Positions 46,915-56,025 of a DNA stretch of 64,000 nucleotides are shown here, one piece after another. The notes below the pieces were generated by a model. It was not told the origin of the DNA. It searched no databases and saw only the letters and a list, made by a program, of their open reading frames with translations. Numbering within the stretch: the stretch's first letter is position 1; the number at the start of each line of letters is the position of its first letter. Both the position numbers and the translations under genes were made by a program. This stretch comes from Candidatus Pacearchaeota archaeon (GTDB lineage: Archaea > Nanobdellota > Nanobdellia > Pacearchaeales > JAPDKA01), in contig JAWAFA010000001.1 of NCBI GenBank assembly GCA_038890875.1, forward strand, positions 863 to 64,862. The letters are read 5' to 3'.

Positions 46915-48747
46915 TTATTCCATTGGAACTTCACCAAAACCTTTTCTTGGCATTTGCCCGCCAAGTTCGACAGGAAGCCCTGAAAAACCAGAGCCATAAA
47001 TGCTAAAATGTTGTTCTGGCAAGATAGGACCATAACCAGTAAAATAGGCTGGCACATTAGCTGCTAATGCTTGATTCCAAAATGGCGCCATTTCATAGGT
47101 ATAAAGAGGACTTCCAAGAGCAGCGAGAGCAAACGGATAGGGGCTTACCCCCATACCGTGTGGTGGTGGCAGTGCAAGTGTTGGAACTTCAAGAACTCCT
47201 TTAATGCCTGCTTTAGTTAGCTCAGCAATTTCAGCAAATATTTCTTTTGGAATCCCCCCCATACCGGGAGGCAAATGGCTATCTGTAAAGCCAAAATTAT
47301 CAGTGAGATGGATATGTTTGATGAAAGGTTTGATCTCTTCAAGATCTGCTTTTGCTTCGAGAGCCTCGAAACCATATTTTCTTAATAGGTTTATATGCCC
47401 TATATCCCAAGTAGCTCCAATAATTTTTTCAGCAATTTCTTTTGCTTTTTTCTCTCCAAGTTTATCTTTCATTTTTTCTACAAATTTTTCTCGGCTCTCA
47501 ATAATTAGCTTCTTCAATTCTTCGCCTCTTCCAAAAGCAGTATCAGGATAAACATTTTCAATGCTTAATATTGGTGCTTTATCTTTAAACTTTTCATAAC
47601 TTTTTACTGCAAGATTGCCGATTGTTTCACTTGCTTTTTCTCTAGCAAAATCTTCAGAGAGCTTAAGAAATTCTGGGCTGAATTCATTCAGCTTAGAAAA
47701 AACTTTAGTAGCTACTAACATTCCTTCTTTATCAGGGGTTATCTTCGTGATTTCTTCAGCTATTTGTTTTAATTTTTCTTGTTTCACTTTATCTTCTTCA
47801 CTAGCTTTCCAAGCTATTCTAAAGGCTGTATTGATATGATCTTTTAATTCGTTAAAAAGGAGATTTGATTTAACTATAGAAGTTTCTAAAGTTTTTGATT
47901 CAGGATATTCTTGATACATCGTAAATTCGAGCAACTTTTTTTCTTCCTCATTTAATTTTTCTAATGGCTTTAAAAATAAACGCTCAGAATAACTTTCTTT
48001 CAATTTATTAAGCTGCTCTTCAAAATGTTTTGGTGGAAAATGTTTTATAAAATCTTCTATCTCACTTTTTCTTCTTTCTAAAGAATTTACAAATTTCTTC
48101 CATTCTTCTTTATTTTTTTCTTCTAAAAATGCCTTAATTTGTTCTCTGGTTATCAGCTCTGGTTTTTTCCCAGTTGCTATTTCTTCTGGAATGATTTTTT
48201 GAATTTCACTCGCAGGAATAAAACCAACATTATTTTCAAGAGTATTAACTACACCGACCTTTTCAATAACCTCTTTTCCATCAACTTTTCTTGTTATTAT
48301 CCCTGCAGGAATTCCAGCAGTGGCATGAATAGTTATTGGTTGATTACCACCAGTAGCTACAGTTGCTCTCTCTATAGCATTAAATAAAAATGTTTCATTT
48401 TCCATTCTTGCTTCATCACTTATTTTGCCTCCTTCGCTAAGCCCTGCAGGATCAACGATTGGAGCATGCCAAGTTACTTCACTGCCAGTGATTTTCGCTA
48501 ATCTTGCAATCTCTTCGAAGTGTTGTTTAGGAATTTTTTCAAAAGTTTCAGGGCTAATAACTCCAGCCTCTACAAATTTCATACCTGTGCTAAGCCTATT
48601 GTTTACTTCTTGTATTTGATTTAGAGTCATTGCACTTGCCGTAGCCCCAAGCTTACCTGTAGGAAATCTATAGCCAATGAACAAATCACTATATACACTT
48701 TCTGGAGGGGGGAAGCTTAGTCCTGGATAAAACACCTCTTTGTTCAT
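46915..48747 (-). CDS. Xylose-isomerase-like/AP-endonuclease-2 TIM barrel with large helical insertion
   Basis: WHAP, TIHA, IENV, TWDIGH, HIHLTDNFG..DSHL..G.G metal motifs. Confidence 0.75.
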   Translation of the reverse strand: MNKEVFYPGLSFPPPESVYSDLFIGYRFPTGKLGATASAMTLNQIQEVNNRLSTGMKFVEAGVISPETFEKIPKQHFEEIARLAKITGSEVTWHAPIVDPAGLSEGGKISDEARMENETFLFNAIERATVATGGNQPITIHATAGIPAGIITRKVDGKEVIEKVGVVNTLENNVGFIPASEIQKIIPEEIATGKKPELITREQIKAFLEEKNKEEWKKFVNSLERRKSEIEDFIKHFPPKHFEEQLNKLKESYSERLFLKPLEKLNEEEKKLLEFTMYQEYPESKTLETSIVKSNLLFNELKDHINTAFRIAWKASEEDKVKQEKLKQIAEEITKITPDKEGMLVATKVFSKLNEFSPEFLKLSEDFAREKASETIGNLAVKSYEKFKDKAPILSIENVYPDTAFGRGEELKKLIIESREKFVEKMKDKLGEKKAKEIAEKIIGATWDIGHINLLRKYGFEALEAKADLEEIKPFIKHIHLTDNFGFTDSHLPPGMGGIPKEIFAEIAELTKAGIKGVLEVPTLALPPPHGMGVSPYPFALAALGSPLYTYEMAPFWNQALAANVPAYFTGYGPILPEQHFSIYGSGFSGLPVELGGQMPRKGFGEVPME

Positions 48748-48845
48748 AAGTAAAGAAAAAACTAGGATATTTAAGTTTTGTTATTTTTGTTATTTTTGTT
48801 ATTTAATTGAGGTAAAATATTTAAATAAAATTTCATCCAAAATTC

Positions 48846-49829
48846 ATGAAAAGCACAGTTGAAAAGAGGTTTGAGCTAATAAGGCGAAATCTTGTTGAAG
48901 TCATTGAACCAAGCGAGCTGATGCGACTTCTTGAAGAAAAGAAAAGGCCAATCATTTATCATGGTTTTGAACCAAGTAGTAAGGCCATACATATAGGCTA
49001 TTTAATTGGCTTACAAAAACATCTTGATTTTATCGACGCTGGTCTAAAGCTTATTATCTTGTTCGCTGATTTGCATGCATGGTTGAATGAAAAAGGAACT
49101 TGGCAAGAAATTAAGCAAATGGTAAAGAATTATAAGAGAAATTTTGTTGCTGTTGGCATCCCAATAAAAAAAGTTGAATTTGTTCTTGGTAGTGAGTTTC
49201 AATTTAAAAAAGGTTATTGGCTTGATGTTATGAAGCTAGCATTACGTGTTAGAATGCAAAGAGCAAAGCGAAGTATGACTATTATTGGCAGAGCCGAACA
49301 AGATCCACATGTTGCTCAGTTTTTATACCCTTTAATGCAGGTAGCTGATATGAAGCATCTAACAGTTGACATCGCTTTTGGTGATCTTGCACAAAGAAAA
49401 GTGCACATGATTGGGAGAGAAGAGTTGGGGAATATAGGCTACAAAAAACCAATATGCCTCCATCATGCTGAAATGGCTGGCCTTACTCAAGAAGGTAAAA
49501 TGTCTAGTAGCAAGCCAGAAACTACAATTTTTGTTAATGACACCCCTGAAGTAATAGAGAAAAAAATTCTTGAAGCTTATTGTGAGCCAGCAAAAGCTGA
49601 AAACAATTCGATACTGCAGATTGTTGAATATATTATTTTTGGTAGGCTTGGTAGAAGAGAGTTTAAGATTGAAAGGCCAACGAAATTTGGAGGAGATATC
49701 GTTTATAAAAGTTATAAAGAGTTAAAAGAGGATTATGAAAAAGCTTTATTGCATCCACTGGACTTGAAAAAAAATGTTGCCAGAGAGCTCATCGCAATTC
49801 TTGAGCCAATAAGAAAAAAATTAAGTTAA
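48846..49829 (+). CDS. tyrS: Tyrosyl-tRNA synthetase
   Basis: GFEPS..HIGY, ADLHA, YPLMQVAD, KMSSS, LHPLDLK. Confidence 0.96.
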   Translation: MKSTVEKRFELIRRNLVEVIEPSELMRLLEEKKRPIIYHGFEPSSKAIHIGYLIGLQKHLDFIDAGLKLIILFADLHAWLNEKGTWQEIKQMVKNYKRNFVAVGIPIKKVEFVLGSEFQFKKGYWLDVMKLALRVRMQRAKRSMTIIGRAEQDPHVAQFLYPLMQVADMKHLTVDIAFGDLAQRKVHMIGREELGNIGYKKPICLHHAEMAGLTQEGKMSSSKPETTIFVNDTPEVIEKKILEAYCEPAKAENNSILQIVEYIIFGRLGRREFKIERPTKFGGDIVYKSYKELKEDYEKALLHPLDLKKNVARELIAILEPIRKKLS

Positions 49830-50767
49830 TATTTGCTAAAATAAAATTCAACAATATCCTTATCTTCTAGCTCATGATTAACATTAACAGCTTGCCAAGC
49901 AAATTTTACACTTTTACCAGCAACCAATGCCTTTAACAATTTTTCACTGCTTATTTTTATCTCTTTGAGAACATCTTGGATTGTTGGGCGATTTAAAAAA
50001 ACAAGAGGGCGGGCTTCTGGCTGTTTCGCTTCTGGCTTCTTAAGATAGATTCTATAAATTTTTAGGGCTGAAAAAAGACTTGCTTTTATTTCATTAATAC
50101 ATTGAGTAATATCACAAAAAATAACTTTAATATTACATCTAATACTCTTACTTATTTCAAAGGTTATTTTTTCTTCTCTAAATTCGGTATGGCCATTGAC
50201 TATTATAAGAATTGGTTTATCTTTGGTATTTTCATTAAATTCAAAAAATTCCTTAATAATTTTTTCTGCATCATTAATACTTTTAACAAGGACTAGGATT
50301 AAATCAGTTGTTAGAGCATAACTCAACCATCGTCTATCATCATCAACAATGCCTACTAGTGAAGGAAATTCAATGAGCTGGAAATCAACATCATTATAGC
50401 TTAACATGCCAATCTCTGGTGTGACTGTTGTGAATGGTGCATCACTAATCTTCGGTTTAGCGTTAGTGATTAAACTAAGCAATAAGCTTTTGCCGCTCTT
50501 AGTAAAACCGTAAATACAAACTTGAATGCCTTGTTTTTCTATTTTAAAGTGTTTACTTTGCTTTTTTTGTTTTTTCTGTTTTTCTTCGAGTTTTGCTTTA
50601 AGCTTGGCGTAGCGGGCACGTAAATTTGCTCGAAGCTGTTCTGCTCCTTTATGTTTTGGCATAAATTTTAACATTTCTTCCAAAGCTGCTAGCCGTTCCT
50701 CGTCAGTTTTTGCACGTAAATATTTTTTCTCTGCATTCAAGTATTCAATAGAGGCATTTGTTACCAT
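49826..50767 (-). CDS. DRG/Obg-family GTPase-like protein with TGS domain, degenerate G3/G4
   Basis: PKHKG, GFTKSGKS, PFTT..P..GML, GKSVKF..Q.V..H.LEDKDIVE. Confidence 0.8.
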   Translation of the reverse strand: MVTNASIEYLNAEKKYLRAKTDEERLAALEEMLKFMPKHKGAEQLRANLRARYAKLKAKLEEKQKKQKKQSKHFKIEKQGIQVCIYGFTKSGKSLLLSLITNAKPKISDAPFTTVTPEIGMLSYNDVDFQLIEFPSLVGIVDDDRRWLSYALTTDLILVLVKSINDAEKIIKEFFEFNENTKDKPILIIVNGHTEFREEKITFEISKSIRCNIKVIFCDITQCINEIKASLFSALKIYRIYLKKPEAKQPEARPLVFLNRPTIQDVLKEIKISSEKLLKALVAGKSVKFAWQAVNVNHELEDKDIVEFYFSKY

Positions 50768-50815
50768 AAATTTTTAGTTAGATAAGTTTTTTAAAATTAA
50801 AGTTTCCTTTAGATT

Positions 50816-52018
50816 ATGGCAGAATTTAAAAGAGAGGTGTTAAGTAATGGAGTTATCTTGCTTCATGAAAAAAGAACACTGCCAGTAACAAGCGTAGCTA
50901 TAGCATGCAAGGTAGGTTCGATAAATGAAAATAAAAGCATAAAAGGAGTAAGCCACTTCGTTGAACATACCACTTTTAAAGGCACAACAAAGCGCGATCA
51001 AAAGCAAATTAAGAGTGAAATCGAAGGTGTTGGCGGCGATTTTAATGCTTTTACTGATCATGAGACTACAGCCTATCATGCAAAAGTTCCATCAAGACAT
51101 TTTGATAAAGCTTTTGATGTTCTTGCTGATATGGTTCAAAATGCTGTTTTTCCTGAGCTTGAAATTGAAAAAGAGAAAAAAGTAATACTTGAAGAAATAA
51201 AAATGATCTATGACGACCCAAAGCGGTTCTTATTTGAAAAAGTTTTTGAATCTCTTTATTCAGGAGATTTTGGATTACCAATAATCGGTACAAAAGAAAG
51301 TGTTAGTTCATTATCACGAGAAAAAATGTTAAAATGGTATAATAATTATTACCAAAGCAAAAATTTTATTGTTAGTGTTGTTGGCAAAAATGAATTTGAG
51401 GAAGTTAAAAAAGCTGTTGAGGAAAAAATTAGTTTTAGAAGCAATCCAAAAATCAACAATTTAAAAACAAAAAAAAGAATTAAAGATTTTGTTGAAACAA
51501 GAAAACAGATTGAACAAGCTCATCTTGGTTTTGCCTTTCATTTACCTAACGGCTTTAGTGAGTATAGATATGCGGCTGAAGTTGCAAATGCACTGCTTGG
51601 TTTTGGAATGAGCAGTTGGCTTTTTCAAGAAATAAGAGAGAAACGCGCTTTAGCTTATGCCACTAAATCAATACTTGATTTAGGAAGAAATTTTGGATAT
51701 CTCTTGATTTATGTTGGTACTGATAAAAACAAAATAACGGAAGTTGAGACAGTTACAAATGAATTAATAAAAAGGTTAAAGGAGATTGATACAAAAGATC
51801 TAGAAGAACCAAAAGAGCAGCTCATTGGAAACTGGGAGTTAGCAAGAGAAAACAGCTTGCTTACTTGTATTGATCTAATTGGTTATGAGCTTATTAACAA
51901 GATTGATGATTATTACAGATATGATGAAAAAATTTCTGCTGTTAACGCGACTCATATCAAAGAGTTGTTCAAAGAAACAATAGGGCTAGCTAAAGTTTTT
52001 ATTTTACCCCGAAAATGA
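50816..52018 (+). CDS. M16 (pitrilysin-family) Zn peptidase
   Basis: HFVEH inverted zincin, NAFT, LFQEIREKR.LAY. Confidence 0.93.
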   Translation: MAEFKREVLSNGVILLHEKRTLPVTSVAIACKVGSINENKSIKGVSHFVEHTTFKGTTKRDQKQIKSEIEGVGGDFNAFTDHETTAYHAKVPSRHFDKAFDVLADMVQNAVFPELEIEKEKKVILEEIKMIYDDPKRFLFEKVFESLYSGDFGLPIIGTKESVSSLSREKMLKWYNNYYQSKNFIVSVVGKNEFEEVKKAVEEKISFRSNPKINNLKTKKRIKDFVETRKQIEQAHLGFAFHLPNGFSEYRYAAEVANALLGFGMSSWLFQEIREKRALAYATKSILDLGRNFGYLLIYVGTDKNKITEVETVTNELIKRLKEIDTKDLEEPKEQLIGNWELARENSLLTCIDLIGYELINKIDDYYRYDEKISAVNATHIKELFKETIGLAKVFILPRK

Positions 52019-52590
52019 AAACAATAGTCAAACTTCTAATTTTATCTGATTTTTTTATTTTCACAGGATTAGGATTGATCTCACCAATAATTGCTATCTT
52101 TATTAAGGAAAACCTTGTTGGCGGAAGCATTCATGCTGCAGGAATAGCGAGCATGATTTTTATTTTTATAAGGTCAATATTACAACCTGTTTTTGCCTAT
52201 ATAGCACAGCCGAAGCACAGGCTCAGTATGTTAATAGGTGGGACTTCTCTTATACTACTTGTTCCAATAATTTATTTTTTCTCATCAAACGTGATTCATT
52301 TCTATATCGCATCAATAATCTATGGAATTGGCGCAGCAATTGCCTATCCTCCTTGGCTTAGCTATTTTACAAGAAATTTAACGAAGGGGGCTGAAGGTTT
52401 TGAATGGAGTGTTTACTATTCTGTTGAAGGAGTTGGTAGCGCTATTGCTGCTCTCATTGGTGGATATGCTGTTGAAAAAATAGGTTTCTACTCTGTTTTT
52501 ATTATCGTTGCAATAATGCTATTCTTTGGACTTCTTGTAGTTTTATGGATAGGTATGCAAAATAAAAATCACAAGATTAAGATAAAATAA
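52015..52590 (+). CDS. Half-size MFS transporter (6 TM)
   Basis: Six hydrophobic helices, G.G.A...P, G.EW. Confidence 0.7.
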   Translation: MKTIVKLLILSDFFIFTGLGLISPIIAIFIKENLVGGSIHAAGIASMIFIFIRSILQPVFAYIAQPKHRLSMLIGGTSLILLVPIIYFFSSNVIHFYIASIIYGIGAAIAYPPWLSYFTRNLTKGAEGFEWSVYYSVEGVGSAIAALIGGYAVEKIGFYSVFIIVAIMLFFGLLVVLWIGMQNKNHKIKIK

Positions 52591-52594
52591 AAGA

Positions 52595-53140
52595 ATGAGA
52601 TGTTTTATAGCTGTTGATTTACCCAAAGAAGCACAAGAGAGACTAGCAAAAATCGAAGAACAGATAAAACGGTTTGAAATAAAGGCAAACTTTATAAAAC
52701 CCGAGCAGTTACATTTAACAATTCGCTTTCTTGGTGAAGTCTCTGATTTTAAGATGAATCAAATAAAGGGGCTATTAAAAGAAATAACAATAAAAAAATT
52801 TAAGGCAAGATTGAATACACTTGGGGTTTTTCCTTCAGAGAGCTTTATAAGAGTAGTTTGGATCAATCTTGAGCCAGGCAAAAAATTTCAAGAGATTCAT
52901 GAGTTGATTGACAAAAAACTTGAGAGTATAAAAATAAAGCCCGATCCAAGATTTGAAAGTCATGTCACTCTTGCGAGGATTAAATGGTTAAAAGATAGAG
53001 CAGAGTTTATTGAGAAATTAAAAAAGATAAAAGTTGAACCTCTTGAGTTTAACATAGAAAGTTTAAAATTAAAAAAAAGTACATTAACTAAAGACGGTCC
53101 AATTTATGAAGATATTATAGAAATAAAGTTTGAAGATTAA
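52595..53140 (+). CDS. thpR: RNA 2',3'-cyclic phosphodiesterase / 2'-5' RNA ligase (2H family)
   Basis: MR.FIAVD, HLTIRFLG, HVTLAR, STL...GPIY. Confidence 0.93.
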   Translation: MRCFIAVDLPKEAQERLAKIEEQIKRFEIKANFIKPEQLHLTIRFLGEVSDFKMNQIKGLLKEITIKKFKARLNTLGVFPSESFIRVVWINLEPGKKFQEIHELIDKKLESIKIKPDPRFESHVTLARIKWLKDRAEFIEKLKKIKVEPLEFNIESLKLKKSTLTKDGPIYEDIIEIKFED

Positions 53141-53186
53141 ATTAAGATTAAATTAAGATTAAAAAGAGCAAAGTGGAAGTTTGTAT

Positions 53187-53825
53187 CTAAGAGTTATATT
53201 TAGACTCTATAATTTTTTTTATTATTTTTGCTTTCTTGCCTAACTTTTTTATTTTTGCCAACTCTTCTTCGTCAGCATTAATAAAAGCTTTTATTGTGCC
53301 AAACCTCTTTAAGATTTCTCGCGCCGTAATTTTACCAATTCCTGGAAAACTTTCAAGAATGAACTCTTGTTGTTCAAAAATGTTTGAAAATTTTGGCTTC
53401 ACGGCGAGACTTATTTCAACCTTTTTCTTTCCTGTCCTTTTATCAAGTACCTCAAGATAATTGCAAGTGTCAATAAAATCTTTTGTAAAAACTATAGGGA
53501 TCTTATAATCAATTAAAATGCTTAAGATCATGCCTCTTATCGCATTATCATTTAAGTTACCACGACCAAAAAGCTCTTGCTCGTCAAGCCCTTCAAGAAT
53601 AATAAGTTTATATTTAAACTTACTTTCTTTTAAATCCTTAAGTTGTTTTATAAGTCTTTTATTAAGCATGCTACTTATAAAATCGTTTAAACTTTTTCTT
53701 TCGATAATTGTATTTCCCACTATGTAATCCCCAATTGGAAGTACTTTTTCTTCAATATTAATTCCTCGTGCTTTTAACTCAGCAATAATTGCACTATTTC
53801 GCTCACGCTTGTCAGCAATGATCAT
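53187..53825 (-). CDS. ERCC4/XPF nuclease + HhH (stand-alone Hef nuclease half)
   Basis: D.RE, GDY..ERKS..DF..S, PGIG HhH. Confidence 0.9.
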   Translation of the reverse strand: MIIADKRERNSAIIAELKARGINIEEKVLPIGDYIVGNTIIERKSLNDFISSMLNKRLIKQLKDLKESKFKYKLIILEGLDEQELFGRGNLNDNAIRGMILSILIDYKIPIVFTKDFIDTCNYLEVLDKRTGKKKVEISLAVKPKFSNIFEQQEFILESFPGIGKITAREILKRFGTIKAFINADEEELAKIKKLGKKAKIIKKIIESKYNS

Positions 53826-53858
53826 GAATATTTTAAAGCCCAGACTTTAAAATTCTTT

Positions 53859-54137
53859 ATGAAAATAACAGCATTATTTGCATTAATCGATGTTTATGCA
53901 TTATTAATGCTCTTTGCTTTGATAGTAGGTATAAAACCACATCTTGCAATAGCAATTGCCGTCTTTCTTTTACTTATCAAAGTATTGCTTTTCTTCACAG
54001 GCCTTTGCCTTGCTTCGGCCATTGATGTTTTTGTAGCATTAGTATTAATCCTTGAAAATTTCTTTGATCTCGGTTTGACATTACTATTTATTGCAACTCT
54101 TTTGCTTGGCCAAAAAGCCTTTTTCAGCTTTCTTTAG
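53859..54137 (+). CDS. Small membrane protein
   Basis: Highly hydrophobic 92 aa ORF. Confidence 0.55.
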   Translation: MKITALFALIDVYALLMLFALIVGIKPHLAIAIAVFLLLIKVLLFFTGLCLASAIDVFVALVLILENFFDLGLTLLFIATLLLGQKAFFSFL

Positions 54138-54187
54138 ATTTCTTTAGATTTCTTTAATTTAGATTTCTTTAACTTTATTTAACTTTT

Positions 54188-54769
54188 TCAATACTGTATC
54201 CCAATTGTTGCAGAAATTTTTTTTGGCAGTTTAATAATTTTAACTTCGTTCGCATAATCACTTAGTTCAATAATTTTTTTACTTGCATACCTTCCAGTCA
54301 GCACAACATTACAGTTTTTGTTATAATTACTGATAAATTTAAGCAAATTTTTTATTTCATCAAAACTTATAAGTTTAAAATAATTCGCCAGGATAATTTC
54401 ATCAAGCACTAACAAATGTGGTTTTTCTTTCTTGACAATTTTTTTTGTAAATTTTAATGCCTCTAAGCAACGCTTTCGATCTAGTTCTTCTATGTTTCTA
54501 ACTTTTAACTTTATTCCATTAATTTTAACTTCATTTTTTTTGCTGTCTTTTAGTTTGCCTTTTATCCACCCAGGAACACCAAATTGATAAATTTTATAAT
54601 AAGGCTTGATTGCACTTATTTTTGCAAACTTTATTTCGCCACAATTTTTCCAATATTTCATAAACTGAATAATCACTACCTTTTTTTTATGCCCTATACA
54701 TCTTAATGCTAAGCCTAACGCATTCGTTGTTTTTCCTCCGCCTTCACCAGTATAAACATAAACTTGCAT
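54188..54769 (-). CDS. cobO: Cob(I)yrinic acid a,c-diamide adenosyltransferase (CobO/BtuR type)
   Basis: YTGEGGGKTT.ALGLALR..G..IQFMK, LVLDEI, VLTGR, GIQY. Confidence 0.9.
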   Translation of the reverse strand: MQVYVYTGEGGGKTTNALGLALRCIGHKKKVVIIQFMKYWKNCGEIKFAKISAIKPYYKIYQFGVPGWIKGKLKDSKKNEVKINGIKLKVRNIEELDRKRCLEALKFTKKIVKKEKPHLLVLDEIILANYFKLISFDEIKNLLKFISNYNKNCNVVLTGRYASKKIIELSDYANEVKIIKLPKKISATIGIQY

Positions 54770-54820
54770 AAAAGCATTTGATTTTTGAATTTATTAAGTT
54801 ATCGAACTATCAGCCTTTCA

Positions 54821-55075
54821 TTAATCCTTTCTCACTCTAAATTCTGATCTTAGCATGGAATAAATCAAATCATCTATCCAATGCCTTCTTACAAGTTTTG
54901 CTTTTCTTAGTCTACCCTCAAAATGAAAGCCGCATTTCTCGAGCAATTTAGCAGAACGAATATTAGGATGCATTACTTTGGCATGAATTCGCATAAGTCT
55001 TAGCCTTTTGAAACCAAAATTAAGAATAAGCCTTATTGCTTCTTTCATTATCCCTTTTCCCCCCAAGCTCTGCTG
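54821..55075 (-). pseudogene. RimJ/RimL-type GNAT acetyltransferase, 5'-deleted relic
   Basis: GKGIMKEA..N.RS..LLEKCGF..EG.LR; the upstream AELG is out of frame across a G6 run. Confidence 0.7.
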
Positions 55076-55122
55076 GCACTATTTTGTTTAATTTTTTTAA
55101 ATTAAGAAAAGTCAGCTCAAAA

Positions 55123-55893
55123 TTAGTCGGTTATTTCATAAACAACTGCCACTCTTGCGCTAACTTCTTGCTCAGAAGGCCTTATATTTGTGATTGCTTC
55201 TTTTGCTTTTTCTCTTGCTTCTTGCTGCTCATCTTGTGCCATTGCTCTATAAATTGGCCATGGATAATAATCAAAACTTATCTCTGAAACAGAAACAAGT
55301 TTTCCTAGGCTTTTATCAAGCCCAGAGGCTATTGCTTCTACTTTTCGCTTAGCATCTTCACTAGCTTGTTTTAAAGCTATTGCCTTATAATAATTTTGTT
55401 TTTCTGTGCTTAATTCAAAATTAATATAGTCTATCATTGCTCCTGCATCGACGCCAGCATCAATAACAGGGCCTACTTTGTCTATTTGTGCTGTTTGCAG
55501 CTCAACTTTGAATGAATGAATTGCTTTATAGCCAATTAATTTTCTTTCATTTGTTTCATAATTCCATTCATATTCTGGATAAATGTTATAGTCTTGTGTT
55601 TGTATTTTTTCTTCAGGAATGCTGATTTTCTTTAAAGCATCTGTAGCTTTATTAACAATTTCTGCATTTCTATCTTTAGCTTCTTTAGCGCTAGAGCCAT
55701 TTGTCTCAGCTCGAAAATAGACAGTTACTAAATCAGGACTTGCTTTAATTGTAGCCTGGCCCTCAGCACTTATTGTATTTTCACTCTCCGCCTTGAGTTT
55801 AGAAAATATTGCCATGATTAATCCTGCAACAATGCCAGTTAAAATCAAAATGCCAACAACAATTATCAAAGTTATCTGCACTGATTTTTGCAT
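55123..55893 (-). CDS. SIMPL (DUF541) domain protein
   Basis: N-terminal TM, G.A....PD, IQT..YNIYPEY, A..KA..IA..L..LG. Confidence 0.88.
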   Translation of the reverse strand: MQKSVQITLIIVVGILILTGIVAGLIMAIFSKLKAESENTISAEGQATIKASPDLVTVYFRAETNGSSAKEAKDRNAEIVNKATDALKKISIPEEKIQTQDYNIYPEYEWNYETNERKLIGYKAIHSFKVELQTAQIDKVGPVIDAGVDAGAMIDYINFELSTEKQNYYKAIALKQASEDAKRKVEAIASGLDKSLGKLVSVSEISFDYYPWPIYRAMAQDEQQEAREKAKEAITNIRPSEQEVSARVAVVYEITD

Positions 55894-55934
55894 TTTTAAT
55901 TACTTTTTTATATTTTAAAAATTTACTTATTGGA

Positions 55935-56006
55935 GGGCCTGTAGTTCAATGGTAGAACGCTCGCCTCGCTAGCGAGAGGTTCCGGGTTCAAATCCCGGCA
56001 GGTCCA
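55935..56006 (+). tRNA. tRNA-Ala(CGC)
   Basis: GGGCCTG/CAGGTCC with G3-U70, loop CTCGCTA, GGTTCAAATCC. Confidence 0.93.
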
Positions 56007-56025
56007 TAATTATAAGTAGCTATAA

